Shown here one piece after another: positions 27,586 through 37,230 of a stretch of DNA of 64,000 bases. This stretch comes from Myxococcota bacterium (GTDB lineage Bacteria; Myxococcota_A; UBA9160; SZUA-336), in assembly GCA_965247115.1 (NCBI GenBank), contig CBDFGR010000002.1, positions 1,760,001 to 1,824,000 on the forward strand, given 5' to 3'. The stretch's first letter is position 1. Each line of letters opens with the position of its first letter. Below the pieces are notes generated by a model. It had not been told where the DNA came from. It worked only from the letters and a program-made list of their open reading frames with translations, and did no database searches. Made by a program: the position numbers and the translations under genes.

Positions 27586-28416
27586 CTAGTGTTGCACCAC
27601 GGTCCCACCGTCAACATTGTAGGACTGTCCGGTGATCCAGGCGCCCTGCTCGCTGCACAGGAAGACCGTGGCCCAGGCGATATCGTCTCCCGTGCCCGCG
27701 CGCCCGACCGGGATCATCTGCTTGACCATGTTGTTCCACACCTCGCCTCGCGGGATGTCGTCCATGCGGTACGTATCGATGATGCCGGGACAGATCGCGT
27801 TCACCCGGATCCCGTGTTGCCCCACCTCACGAGCCATGCTCGCGGTCAGGGCCTGCAGGCCGGCCTTGCTCGCGGCGTATGCGGCGGCGTTGGGTGGGAA
27901 CATCTTGCCAGCGATCGAGGAGATGTTGATGATCGCCCCGCCCTCGCCCTGCTCGATGAGCTTCTGGCCGAACGCGCGCGACATATAGAAACTGCCGCTC
28001 AGGTTCACATCGATCACCTTGCGCCAGTCCTCCACCGCGAGCTCCACCACCGGGACGCGATCGCTGCCCCGTGCCGCTCCGGCGTTGTTGACCACGAAGT
28101 CCACGCGGCCGAACTCCTTTACGGTCTGCTCGACCAGCGCTCCGCACGCCTCCGGATCCGAGACGTTGCTGACCAGGGGCAAGGCGCGGCGCCCCACGCC
28201 ACGAACCTCAGCAGCGACCGAGTCGATGTCTCGCCACCCAGCCTCACGCTCGTCGTCGGGATAGTGCTCTGGATTTCGACCGGTGCCGGTGACGACGACG
28301 TCGCAGCCCGCCTTTGCGAGCTCCACGGCGATGGGTCGACCGATGCTCCGCATGCGTCCGGCCCCGGTGACCACCGCTACCTTGTTGTCGAGTCCCGTCA
28401 GCTCCAGCGCTGCCAT
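27586..28416 (-). CDS. Short-chain dehydrogenase/reductase
   Basis: VTGAG...SIG, NNAG, YAASK, NAICPG, ITGQ. Confidence 0.93.
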   Translation of the reverse strand: MAALELTGLDNKVAVVTGAGRMRSIGRPIAVELAKAGCDVVVTGTGRNPEHYPDDEREAGWRDIDSVAAEVRGVGRRALPLVSNVSDPEACGALVEQTVKEFGRVDFVVNNAGAARGSDRVPVVELAVEDWRKVIDVNLSGSFYMSRAFGQKLIEQGEGGAIINISSIAGKMFPPNAAAYAASKAGLQALTASMAREVGQHGIRVNAICPGIIDTYRMDDIPRGEVWNNMVKQMIPVGRAGTGDDIAWATVFLCSEQGAWITGQSYNVDGGTVVQH

Positions 28417-28500
28417 ACTTGCTCTCCTCTGGCTAGAACTGCGATTCTAGGGTGCGGCGGAAGAACTGTCCGGAGCTTGCTCGTCGGACGCCCCCGAAAC

Positions 28501-29259
28501 CTAGAAGTTGACGCGCTTCGTGAAGCCCCCGTCGATCACGAGGTTCACGCCGGTGATGAAGGCGGCAGCGGGGCTGGCCAGGAACGCTGCGGCGCGGGCG
28601 ACCTCGTCGGCGGTTCCCATGCGTCCCGTCGGAATCTGCTCGAGCGTGCTCTTGTACCGCTTTGGCACGGTTTTCTTGACCCGGTCCCAGGAGCCGCCCT
28701 CGATCAGGATCGGGCCCGGAGAGATCGTGTTCACTCGAATCCCCTGGGGCGCCAACGCCTGGGAAAGTCCGTTCGAGTGGACGATCAGTGCCGCCTTGAT
28801 CGCGTTGTACGACGTCGGACCCACGAAGGTCTCCAATGCGGCCGTGCTGCTGACGAAGAGGACGCTGGCGTTCTCAGACTCACTGAGCGCCGCCGTTGCG
28901 GCTTCGACGCTGCGGATGGCGCCCATGAGATCGACCTCGAAGTTCGCCCGCCACGCCGCCTCGTCGGTCCCGTTCCCGCCGGTCGGGTTGCTCACTAGGA
29001 TGTCGAGTCCGCCGAGCGTCGCGATGGCGGAGCTGACGAAGCCTTTGAGCGCATCTCCATCGGAGACGTCGACGGCTTCTCCCACGACCTTTGAGCCGCG
29101 CGCCTCGAGGTCCTTCTTTGCCGCCTCCACGCCTTTCTTCGTGCGAGCGCAGATCGCGACATCCGCTCCCTCGTCCGCGAACAGGCCTGCAATCGCCCGA
29201 CCGATCCCGCGGCTCCCTCCCGTTACGATCGCCTTCAAGCCCTTCAAACCGAGGTCCAT
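28501..29259 (-). CDS. Short-chain dehydrogenase/reductase
   Basis: TGGSRGIG, YNAIK, NTISPG, ITG...VIDGG. Confidence 0.93.
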   Translation of the reverse strand: MDLGLKGLKAIVTGGSRGIGRAIAGLFADEGADVAICARTKKGVEAAKKDLEARGSKVVGEAVDVSDGDALKGFVSSAIATLGGLDILVSNPTGGNGTDEAAWRANFEVDLMGAIRSVEAATAALSESENASVLFVSSTAALETFVGPTSYNAIKAALIVHSNGLSQALAPQGIRVNTISPGPILIEGGSWDRVKKTVPKRYKSTLEQIPTGRMGTADEVARAAAFLASPAAAFITGVNLVIDGGFTKRVNF

Positions 29260-29271
29260 TCCGATTCCTCC

Positions 29272-29925
29272 TCAACCGTGGCGGGACGACACCAGGCGGC
29301 TGGCGTCGCCCCGGTTCAGGTATTTGACGAACGGGTCGCGTGTCGGGTCGGACTGCCACTCGTACTCTGTGCGCGCCGCGACCTCGTCCGCACGCTCGCG
29401 GCCGTAGAGCCGCGCGATGATGCCGAGTGCCATGTCGGTGCCGGCTGACACTCCCGACGACGTCGCGGTGGCCCCGTCTTCCACCCAGCGCGCTTCCTCG
29501 ATCCAGCGCACCTTGTTGCTCTGGCTCTCAGCGAAAGCGAAGAACTGCTTGTTCGACGTCGCGCGGAGCCCGTCCAGGACGCCAGCCTTCGCGAGGAGGG
29601 CCGAGCCCGAGCAGACGGACATCGTGATCTCGGCCGAGCGCGAGCGTTCGCGGAGAAAGTCCAGCAGCTTCGCGTTCTCGAGCTGGGGCACGGTGCCGAT
29701 CCCGCCCGGCACTAGGATGAGGCCAAGCTCTGGACACTCGTCGAATCCGACGTCGGCGACCGTTTCGGGTCCCTGCGCCGACGCGACCGGGCCCGGCGCG
29801 TCCGCCACGGTCACGATCCGGAGCTCCGGCCCAATAGACCCGAACATCTCGAGCGGCCCGTACAGGTCCAGGAGCTCGAAGTCCTCGTACAGAATGGCCC
29901 CGAGCGTGCGTGCTTCGTCGCTCAT
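29272..29925 (-). CDS. DJ-1/PfpI family protein
   Basis: FELLD..GP, VPGG.G, SVCSG, SSGVSAG.DM. Confidence 0.92.
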   Translation of the reverse strand: MSDEARTLGAILYEDFELLDLYGPLEMFGSIGPELRIVTVADAPGPVASAQGPETVADVGFDECPELGLILVPGGIGTVPQLENAKLLDFLRERSRSAEITMSVCSGSALLAKAGVLDGLRATSNKQFFAFAESQSNKVRWIEEARWVEDGATATSSGVSAGTDMALGIIARLYGRERADEVAARTEYEWQSDPTRDPFVKYLNRGDASRLVSSRHG

Positions 29926-30083
29926 GGTCGCATGCTAGCACGCGGTATCCCCAGACCTGTCGTTGGTGTGGTCGTAGACTATGCGCTGCGGCTCACGTAC
30001 GGGCCGCGGAGGAACGATTGTGGAGAACCTGAATCAGCTTCGCGACGAAGCGGCCTAGCGTCTGCGGGGCTGCGCCCGGCGGC

Positions 30084-31070
30084 ATGGGAAGGCGGATCGG
30101 ACTGGTTCTGGGAGCGGGCGGGGCAACTGGCGCCGCCTTTCATGCCGGTGTCCTCGCCGCCCTGGAGGAAGCGACGGGCTTCGACGCCAGGAGAGCAACA
30201 CCAATCGTCGGCACATCCGCCGGTGCGATGGCGGGGGCGCTCCTGAGGGCCGGTGTGCCGCCCGCGGACCTGCTGGCGCGTGCGCGTGGCGTCGAGCTTT
30301 CCGCAGAAGGCCAGCGCGTGGCTGAGAGACTGGGTCCGTTTCCTCAGCCTCCCTCGCTGCGCCCGGACTGGACGAACGGGATTCCGGGTCCGGCCGAGCC
30401 GGCGGCACTCGCGCGGGCATTCCTCCGCCCCTGGTCGGCACGGCCAGGCGCCCTCCTGGCAGCGGCCCTACCGGAGGGTACGCACTCCTCGGAGCCGCTG
30501 TCGCGGCTGTTGGAGCCACTATTCGACAAGGGCTGGCCAGAGGCTCCTCTGTGGCTGTGTGCGGTACGGCTCTCCGACGCACGCCGCGTGGTCTTTGGCC
30601 GAGATGCTCTGGGCGAGGCGACGGTAGCCCGCGCGGCTGCAGCGTCCTGTGCCATTCCCGGAGTCTACGCGCCGGTGAAGATCGGCTCGGAGCGCTACGT
30701 CGACGGCGGAGTCCACTCCCCCACGAACCTGGATCTCCTTGCGAAAGAGGAGCTGGATCTCGTGATCGTGAGCTCGCCGATGTCCGCGGCCGGACGGGGT
30801 TTGAGGCTCAGCGCGGACTTCGCACTGCGCCAGCTCTGCCGCGCGACGCTTGGACGAGAGGCTGCGCTCGTTCGGCGCCACCGCAACCACGTGCTGGTGT
30901 TTCAGCCGACGGCGATCGATCAGCGCATCATGGGACCGAACCCCATGGACACCTCGCGCCGCAGCGACGTCGCCTTGCAGGCTCGCGCGTCCGCTCTCGA
31001 TCGCCTGCGGCGCCGCGACGTGCGCGAGTGCTTCGGGACGTGCTCACCGGCTAGCTCGTTTCCCCGTTGA
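30084..31070 (+). CDS. Patatin-like phospholipase/lipase
   Basis: LVLGAGG, GTSAG nucleophile, ASCAIPG, DGG. Confidence 0.92.
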   Translation: MGRRIGLVLGAGGATGAAFHAGVLAALEEATGFDARRATPIVGTSAGAMAGALLRAGVPPADLLARARGVELSAEGQRVAERLGPFPQPPSLRPDWTNGIPGPAEPAALARAFLRPWSARPGALLAAALPEGTHSSEPLSRLLEPLFDKGWPEAPLWLCAVRLSDARRVVFGRDALGEATVARAAAASCAIPGVYAPVKIGSERYVDGGVHSPTNLDLLAKEELDLVIVSSPMSAAGRGLRLSADFALRQLCRATLGREAALVRRHRNHVLVFQPTAIDQRIMGPNPMDTSRRSDVALQARASALDRLRRRDVRECFGTCSPASSFPR

Positions 31071-31116
31071 CCTGCTGGTCTGCTCCGCCACATAGTGGCG
31101 GGAGAGGTCCCCCCCG

Positions 31117-32568
31117 GTGCGGCTCACGAATCAAGATGCCTCCTTTCTGTATGGGGAGACGGCGAGCGGGCCGATGCACGGCTCCTCGTTCTGCGTCTTC
31201 GAGGGAGTGATCCCCTTCGCGACGGTCCTCGAACAGATCGGGCGGCGCCTGCATCTCGTGCCACGCTACCGCCAGAAGCTCGCCTTCGTGCCCCTCAACC
31301 TCGCGCACGCCCGCTGGGTCGACGATCCCGACTTCAAGCTCGAGAACCACATCGCGCTGCACAAGCTCCCTGTGGGCAGCAGCTTGCAGGACGCGATCGA
31401 CGCGGGCGTGGCGCTGGCAGAGCCACTCCTACCGCGAGATCGGCCACTCTGGATGACCTACGTGCTGGAGGGCGTGCCTGATCGCACGGTGCTGCTGTTT
31501 CTCGGCCACCACGCGATGGTCGACGGTGCCTCGGCAGTGGAGATCCTCTCGGTGCTGATGGACGTGGATCCGACTGCGGAGCAGCTGCCTCCGCTACCTC
31601 CGTGGCAGGTGCAGCCGGTTCCGGGTGCGCTCGAGCTGCTGGGCGAGGCCTTCGGCGACAACCTGCGCGCGCTGGCCGAGCAGAATCCGCTCCTGGCATC
31701 ACGCTGGGACGGCTCGCGCAACGAGATGCTGCGCCGTGGCACAGAGGTGATCCTGCGCATGACCACGACGCCCGTCATCGCAGCGCCCTGGAACGCGTCG
31801 CCGGTTGGACCGAAGCGGAAGTTCGTCTGGACCAGGTACAGCCTCGCGGACTTCCGCCGCATCCGGACCGCGTTCGGAGGGACCGTGAACGACGTGGTCC
31901 TGACCGCTGTCGTCGAAGCGGCGGCGCGCTACCTGCGCTTCCACAACGAGAACACGCGCGAGGGGCAGATGCGCGTGATGTGCCCGGTGAACGTGCGGCG
32001 CGAGGACGAGAGCGGAGCGCTCGGCAACCGCGTGTCGGCGATGTTCCCCATGTTCCAGGCGAAGCCGATGGGCGTCGTCGATCGTCTCGTGAGCGTGAGG
32101 GAGGAGACCGAGCGCATCAAGGCGAATCGGGAGCCGCAGGCGCTGGAGCTGATGATGGAGTCCGCGCCGACGATCGCTCCCGCAGCGATGGCGCAGACGC
32201 TCTGGGTCGGGAGCGCCCTGGATCCGACGGCATTAGCGGCGCGGATGCCTCTCCCGGTTCCCCCCAGGACGGGCGTGAGCCTGCCCCATTTCGGTTACAA
32301 CTTTGTCTGCACGAACGTTCCCTTCATGCAGGTCCCGCAGTACATCCAGGGACACAAGCTGCTCGATCTCGCTGCGGAGCTCATGCTGAGCGGGATGGTC
32401 GGCTACGGCGTAGCGGTCTGCAGCTACAACAAGGAGCTGGCGTTTTGCTTGACGAGTGACCCGCGCCTGCTGCCTGACGTGGATCGAATGCGCTCGTATC
32501 TCGACGAGGCCTTCGGGGAGCTCTTGGAGGAGGCGCGCCGTCACAGCGCCAGGGAGGCGGCGGCCTGA
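31117..32568 (+). CDS. Wax ester synthase/diacylglycerol acyltransferase (WS/DGAT)
   Basis: DASFLY.E, RPLW, catalytic HHAMVDG, TVNDV, GNRVS, TNVP. Confidence 0.93.
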   Translation: MRLTNQDASFLYGETASGPMHGSSFCVFEGVIPFATVLEQIGRRLHLVPRYRQKLAFVPLNLAHARWVDDPDFKLENHIALHKLPVGSSLQDAIDAGVALAEPLLPRDRPLWMTYVLEGVPDRTVLLFLGHHAMVDGASAVEILSVLMDVDPTAEQLPPLPPWQVQPVPGALELLGEAFGDNLRALAEQNPLLASRWDGSRNEMLRRGTEVILRMTTTPVIAAPWNASPVGPKRKFVWTRYSLADFRRIRTAFGGTVNDVVLTAVVEAAARYLRFHNENTREGQMRVMCPVNVRREDESGALGNRVSAMFPMFQAKPMGVVDRLVSVREETERIKANREPQALELMMESAPTIAPAAMAQTLWVGSALDPTALAARMPLPVPPRTGVSLPHFGYNFVCTNVPFMQVPQYIQGHKLLDLAAELMLSGMVGYGVAVCSYNKELAFCLTSDPRLLPDVDRMRSYLDEAFGELLEEARRHSAREAAA

Positions 32569-32586
32569 GTGCGCCAGCGATCCTGC

Positions 32587-33177
32587 CTACAGGCGCAGCG
32601 GCTCCTCGATCGTCTCGGTGAGGCCTTCCATGTCGTACGACATGATGACGAGGTCGCGAGGGCTCCCTTCCCGATCCTCGGCGTAGTCGGCCAGCAGCGC
32701 CTCGGCTACGAAGCCCAGCCGCCGGAACGCAGCCTGCGCCCCCTGCTGATCGGAGGTCATCTGAGCCGTGAGCTTCTTCAGTCCTCTGGCCCGCGCCAGA
32801 TCGAAGATCTGCGAGGTGAGGTTGCGTCCCAGGCCGAGGCTTCGGACCGCAGGACCCACGTTCACACGGATCTCGCCGACGCGACGCGTCCACGGGGCGG
32901 GGTTGCGGTGGACGGTTGCGTAGCCCACGAGGGCGTCGTCGTCGAAGGCCACCAACGAGGTGGAATCACCCGTCTCGAGGTTCCGGACCCAATCGTCGAC
33001 CACCCCCGGGTCCGTGATATCGACGCGCAGAAAGAGCAGGTCCTCCTGGGGCAAGGCGTTCGCGAACGCGAGCACCGCATCTCGATCCTGCGGCGTCATC
33101 AGACGGATCTCGATGTTCGACCCGTTCGAGAGCGCGACTTTGCGTGGATAGCGATCCGTGAGCTCGGCAAGCGACAT
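32587..33177 (-). CDS. GNAT N-acetyltransferase (paralog A)
   Basis: R..GLG acetyl-CoA motif, F..LGF..E; DLLFLRVDIT. Confidence 0.88.
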   Translation of the reverse strand: MSLAELTDRYPRKVALSNGSNIEIRLMTPQDRDAVLAFANALPQEDLLFLRVDITDPGVVDDWVRNLETGDSTSLVAFDDDALVGYATVHRNPAPWTRRVGEIRVNVGPAVRSLGLGRNLTSQIFDLARARGLKKLTAQMTSDQQGAQAAFRRLGFVAEALLADYAEDREGSPRDLVIMSYDMEGLTETIEEPLRL

Positions 33178-33278
33178 GCGGATGTTTCTCCCCTATGCCA
33201 CCACCTCTACCACATGGCCTTCACAGCAGCGAGCGCTGCCAGTAGAGTGGAACGCGGGGGGTTGGCGGGAGTGGAGTG

Positions 33279-33707
33279 ATGGCGGACAGCCGGCGGGAAG
33301 CGTTCGACCCCCTCAAGACCCTGCGCGGCCTGCTCGATCGCGGGGAGCGCCGGGTAAACGAGATCCTCTCGGAGTTCAGTGCCCGAGATGACGTGAACAC
33401 GCTCCGGTCGCGGCTCTCGGAGGCGGCCCTCGACGCGCAGAAGCGCTCGTGGGAGGTCTGGGCCCGCCACTTTCAGAGCATCAACCTGCCCACCCGCACC
33501 GACATAATTCAGCTGGGGAAGCGCCTCTCCGAGCTGGAGGAGGGCATCGTGCGGATCGAGGCGCAGCTGCAGCGGCTGAATCGGCGCCTCGCGAGTTCGG
33601 GCGAGAACCCCGCGGCTGATGCTCCGACGCAAGCCCGGCCTCGCGGCCCACGGCGTACGCGCCGTCCGCCGAGCGAAGCCACCAAAGCGACCGAGGAGAG
33701 GCAATGA
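33279..33707 (+). CDS. Short PhaE-like/PHA synthase accessory protein
   Basis: NLPTR.DI..LG.RL..LE coiled coil, as in the PhaE C-terminus; ATGA overlap with phaC. Confidence 0.6.
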   Translation: MADSRREAFDPLKTLRGLLDRGERRVNEILSEFSARDDVNTLRSRLSEAALDAQKRSWEVWARHFQSINLPTRTDIIQLGKRLSELEEGIVRIEAQLQRLNRRLASSGENPAADAPTQARPRGPRRTRRPPSEATKATEERQ

Positions 33708-34786
33708 CGACCGCACCAGAGCTCGATCGCAAGTCCATCGGAGACCGCGTGCGCGAGGAGGTGGAGCGCTCCTTGCAGCGTGGAGTAAAGGGCCTCCAGT
33801 ACCTCAGCGCCGATGCGCCGGACGTCGGCATGACGCCTAAGGACGAGATCTACAGCCGCGGAACGCTTCGACTGTTTCACTACACACCTCAGGTCGACGA
33901 GGTGTACCGCGTCCCAATCCTGCTCGTCATGTCGCTCGTCAGCCGCTCGTACATCTTTGATCTCACTCCGGGCCAGAGCCTGGTCGAGTTCCTACTGAAC
34001 CAGGGCTACGACGTCTACATGATCGACTGGGGCGAGCCCCGCCCGGAGGACTCGCGGCTGCGGATGGAGAACTACGTGCTCGACTTCATTCCCGACTGCA
34101 TCGACCGCGCGCTCGAGGACTCTGGCGAGCCCGATATCTCGCTTACGGGCTATTGCATGGGCGGCTCGCTCGCCCTGATGTACGCGGCGCTCCACACGGA
34201 CGGGCCAGTGAAGAACCTCGTGTGCTTCACGACCCCGTACAACTACGACGGCATGGGCCTCTTCAAGGAGTTTTCCGACCCGAAGCACTTCGACGTCGAT
34301 CGCATCGTCGACACGCTGGGCAACGTTCCAGCGGAGATGATGGTGCGGTCGTTCGAGATGCTGCGGCCCGTCTCGCGCGTCGCCGCGCGCATCCGGCTCT
34401 GGGACAATATGTGGAACGACGAGTTCGTTCGCTCGTACCGCGTTTTGGATCGCTGGGGAAACGAGCAGATTCCCTTCCCGGGGGAGTGCTTCCGGCAGAG
34501 CACCAAGGAGCTGCAGTGGGCCAACAAGCTCTACAAGGGCGAGTTCCGGCTCGGAGGAAAGCTCGTCGACGTCTCGAGGATTCAGGTGCCGTTCCTGAAC
34601 GTGATGGCCGAGCACGACCACATCGTTCCCTATGAGGCAGCCAGGGAGCTGGTGGACGCAGTGGGCAGCGAAGACAAACAGGCGATCGTGCTCAAGGGCG
34701 GTCACGTCAGCCTGATCTCCGGCCCGAATGCCGTGCGCCGTATGTGGCCCGCTCTGGACGCCTGGCTGTCGGTGCGCTCGCTGTGA
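33704..34786 (+). CDS. phaC: Class III-type polyhydroxyalkanoate synthase
   Basis: G.TPK, DL.PGQS.V..L...G.DVY.IDWG, lipase box GYCMGG, DHIVP, GGH; 360 aa. Confidence 0.88.
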   Translation: MTTAPELDRKSIGDRVREEVERSLQRGVKGLQYLSADAPDVGMTPKDEIYSRGTLRLFHYTPQVDEVYRVPILLVMSLVSRSYIFDLTPGQSLVEFLLNQGYDVYMIDWGEPRPEDSRLRMENYVLDFIPDCIDRALEDSGEPDISLTGYCMGGSLALMYAALHTDGPVKNLVCFTTPYNYDGMGLFKEFSDPKHFDVDRIVDTLGNVPAEMMVRSFEMLRPVSRVAARIRLWDNMWNDEFVRSYRVLDRWGNEQIPFPGECFRQSTKELQWANKLYKGEFRLGGKLVDVSRIQVPFLNVMAEHDHIVPYEAARELVDAVGSEDKQAIVLKGGHVSLISGPNAVRRMWPALDAWLSVRSL

Positions 34787-35376
34787 AGATCGACCGCGAG
34801 TACCCCCGCGAGGTGCAGGTCAACGGCGAAACGGTGCGCATCGACCTGATGAGCTCCCACGACCGACCCAAGCTGCAGGTCCTGGCCCAGGGCGTTCCGG
34901 AGCACGATCTGCTCTTCATGCACCGCGACATCACGAGCCCACGCGCTCTCGACGCATGGATCGACGATCTCGAGCGCGGCGACCTGGCAACCGTGCTCGC
35001 CGAGGAGAATGGCGCGGTGCTGGGCTACGCCACGATCGAGCCGGAGCGCGATCCCTGGTCGCGCCACGTCGCCGAGCTGCGAGTGCTGGTGGCGCCCTCG
35101 GCGCGCGGTCGCGGGGTCGGGCGACTGCTCACCCAGGAGGCCTTCGCGGTGGCGCTGTCGGCAGGGATCGAGAAGATCACCGCGCGCATGACCCCGGACC
35201 AGGATGCGGCCATACGGATCTTCCAGGGACTCGGCTTCAAGCCCGAGGGTCTGTTCCAGGAGCACGTGAAGGACCGGGATGGCAAGCGCTACGATCTGGT
35301 CGTGCTCTCACACGACGTCGCCGGCTTCCATGCCATGCTCGAGGCGTACGGCGTAGCCGAATCTCTCGGCGAGTAG
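34783..35376 (+). CDS. GNAT N-acetyltransferase (paralog B)
   Basis: RGRGVGR, F..LGF..EG, DLLFMHRDIT; GTGA overlap with phaC. Confidence 0.88.
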   Translation: MKIDREYPREVQVNGETVRIDLMSSHDRPKLQVLAQGVPEHDLLFMHRDITSPRALDAWIDDLERGDLATVLAEENGAVLGYATIEPERDPWSRHVAELRVLVAPSARGRGVGRLLTQEAFAVALSAGIEKITARMTPDQDAAIRIFQGLGFKPEGLFQEHVKDRDGKRYDLVVLSHDVAGFHAMLEAYGVAESLGE

Positions 35377-35377
35377 G

Positions 35378-36232
35378 GTGGAGCCCCGGGCCCTCGCCAT
35401 TGATCTCGACGGCACCCTGCTCGGTCCCGATGACGAGGTGAGCGAACGCAACCGGGCGGCCATCGGGGCAGCCCGTGCTGCAGGACTGTCCGTCATCATC
35501 GCAACTGCGCGCTGGTACCAGAACGCGGAGCGCGTCGGTGCGACACTCGGCCTGACCGGCCCGGTCATTGCCTGCTCCGGCGCCGAGGTACGGCGCTTCC
35601 CAGAAGGTGCGGACCTGATGGACGTGCGGCTGCCACAGCACTTTGCCGAGCAGCTCTTTGACGTCTGCGACGCGAATCGGTGTATCGTATACGCTGCTCA
35701 GGACGACGACGTGCTGATGAAGATCGAGGGAGAGGTCGACCCGTCGCTGCTCCTGCCAGAGATTCGCCGCGTGCCGAGCCTGCGGCGTGCCGCCCAAGGG
35801 GATCCGCGGATCGTGATGATTCAAGGCCGTCGGATCCGCCAGCTCGTGCACGAGACCCTGGCAAGGGAGTGGAAAGATCGGGTCCGCTTCGTCACCTCGA
35901 TCACGACCCAGGGCCACGAGCTTCTCACTCTCACGGCTACCGGCGCCGACAAGGGGCTCGCCCTGGCGGCCGCGTGCGAGGATCTCGGCATCGCGGCCGA
36001 GCAGGTGGTGGCCCTCGGGGACGCCGAGAATGACGTCGAGCTCTTCAGGGCTGCCGGCGCCTCCTTCGCGATGGGACAGGCGAGCGACGCCGTCAAGGCC
36101 GCCGCCACCGCCGTGACGGGGACCAACGAGGAAGACGGCGTCGCCATGGCTATCGAGCGCGTGTTGGAGGAGGGCGGGGCGGCGTTCGACGAGTTCTCGG
36201 TCGCGTTGGAAAGCTGCCCCCGGGGGCAGTAG
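35378..36232 (+). CDS. Cof-type HAD hydrolase
   Basis: DLDGT, ATAR, DKG.AL, GDAEND. Confidence 0.92.
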   Translation: MEPRALAIDLDGTLLGPDDEVSERNRAAIGAARAAGLSVIIATARWYQNAERVGATLGLTGPVIACSGAEVRRFPEGADLMDVRLPQHFAEQLFDVCDANRCIVYAAQDDDVLMKIEGEVDPSLLLPEIRRVPSLRRAAQGDPRIVMIQGRRIRQLVHETLAREWKDRVRFVTSITTQGHELLTLTATGADKGLALAAACEDLGIAAEQVVALGDAENDVELFRAAGASFAMGQASDAVKAAATAVTGTNEEDGVAMAIERVLEEGGAAFDEFSVALESCPRGQ

Positions 36233-36248
36233 TCAGTCCCCTGAGCCG

Positions 36249-37221
36249 TCAGGCGGCGTGTCGCTCCGGACGCGGCAATCCGTGGCGCTGCGCACGACAC
36301 TCGAGGCGGAGGTCCTCCATGGTGTGGTGAAGCATGCGGGTCGCATCCGCGACCTCGGTGTCCGGCCCGAAGCGGATGGGCTCACCGATCAGAACGTGGA
36401 CGGGACCAGATCGCCAGTCCGACGAGCCCTTTGGCAGCAGGCTGCGCAGCCCGTCCATGTAGATCGGCACGACGGGGACTTGCTTCTTGAGAGCCAGGAT
36501 CGAAGGCCCGTGGCGGAACTTCCCGATCTTTCCCGTGGTGGTTCGCGTGCCCTCCGGAAAGATCCCGATCGAGCCGCCCCGATCGATCAGCCACTCGGCG
36601 TAGTGGAGGGTGCGCGAACCGCCACCGCGCTGGATCGGAAACGAGGCGTACACGAGTGAGCGCCACCAGCCCTGCTTGTAGATTTCCTTGCGGCCCTTGA
36701 TGAACCAGCGATCCGCCGCTGATCCGAAGTAGGTGTGGTCGCGGTAGCGTGACGGAATGGCGGCGATCAGCGCCGCAATGTCGAGGTGGCTCGCATGATT
36801 CGCGATGAAGATCACCGGACTGCTGAGATCCCTCAACCGCTCGCTACCGTCGATGACGAGAGGATCGAAGTAGCGGCGCGCGTACCGTGTGTGTACCCAG
36901 TGGCGCGCCAGCCTTCGAGTCATGCGCGCGGGCCAGCGGATCTGCCAGCGGTGGGGTCCGGTCGTCTCGGTCGTCTGGCCGACGAGGCGGATGAAGAGGT
37001 CGACGTCCATGGCGGGGAGCACGACGCGCTCGACACCGCGCATGCTCAGATGCGCCGCTCCCAGCGAATGCGCGGCGGCGTTGTTCGGAAGATCGACCAC
37101 CGAACAGAAGTCGTATTCACCAAGAAGCGAGTACTGCTCGATCAGCGTCCCCTCCACGCCTGCCACCTCTGCCGCGACGGCCGAGTCGCCACGAAAGCGT
37201 TCCTTCAGAGACCGGTTGCCC
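36249..37221 (-). pseudogene. GYD-domain/lysophospholipid acyltransferase (PlsC-like) fusion, 5'-truncated by the IS1-family element
   Basis: QY.LLGEYDF (GYD), NHASHLD, FPEGTR, VPVVP; similarity stops at the IS end (37222) with no native start. Confidence 0.8.
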
Positions 37222-37230
37222 GGTAGTGGG

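Noticed and set aside
27313..28998. 561-aa plus-strand ORF
   Set aside because: Antisense shadow of two SDR genes; long antisense frames are common at high GC
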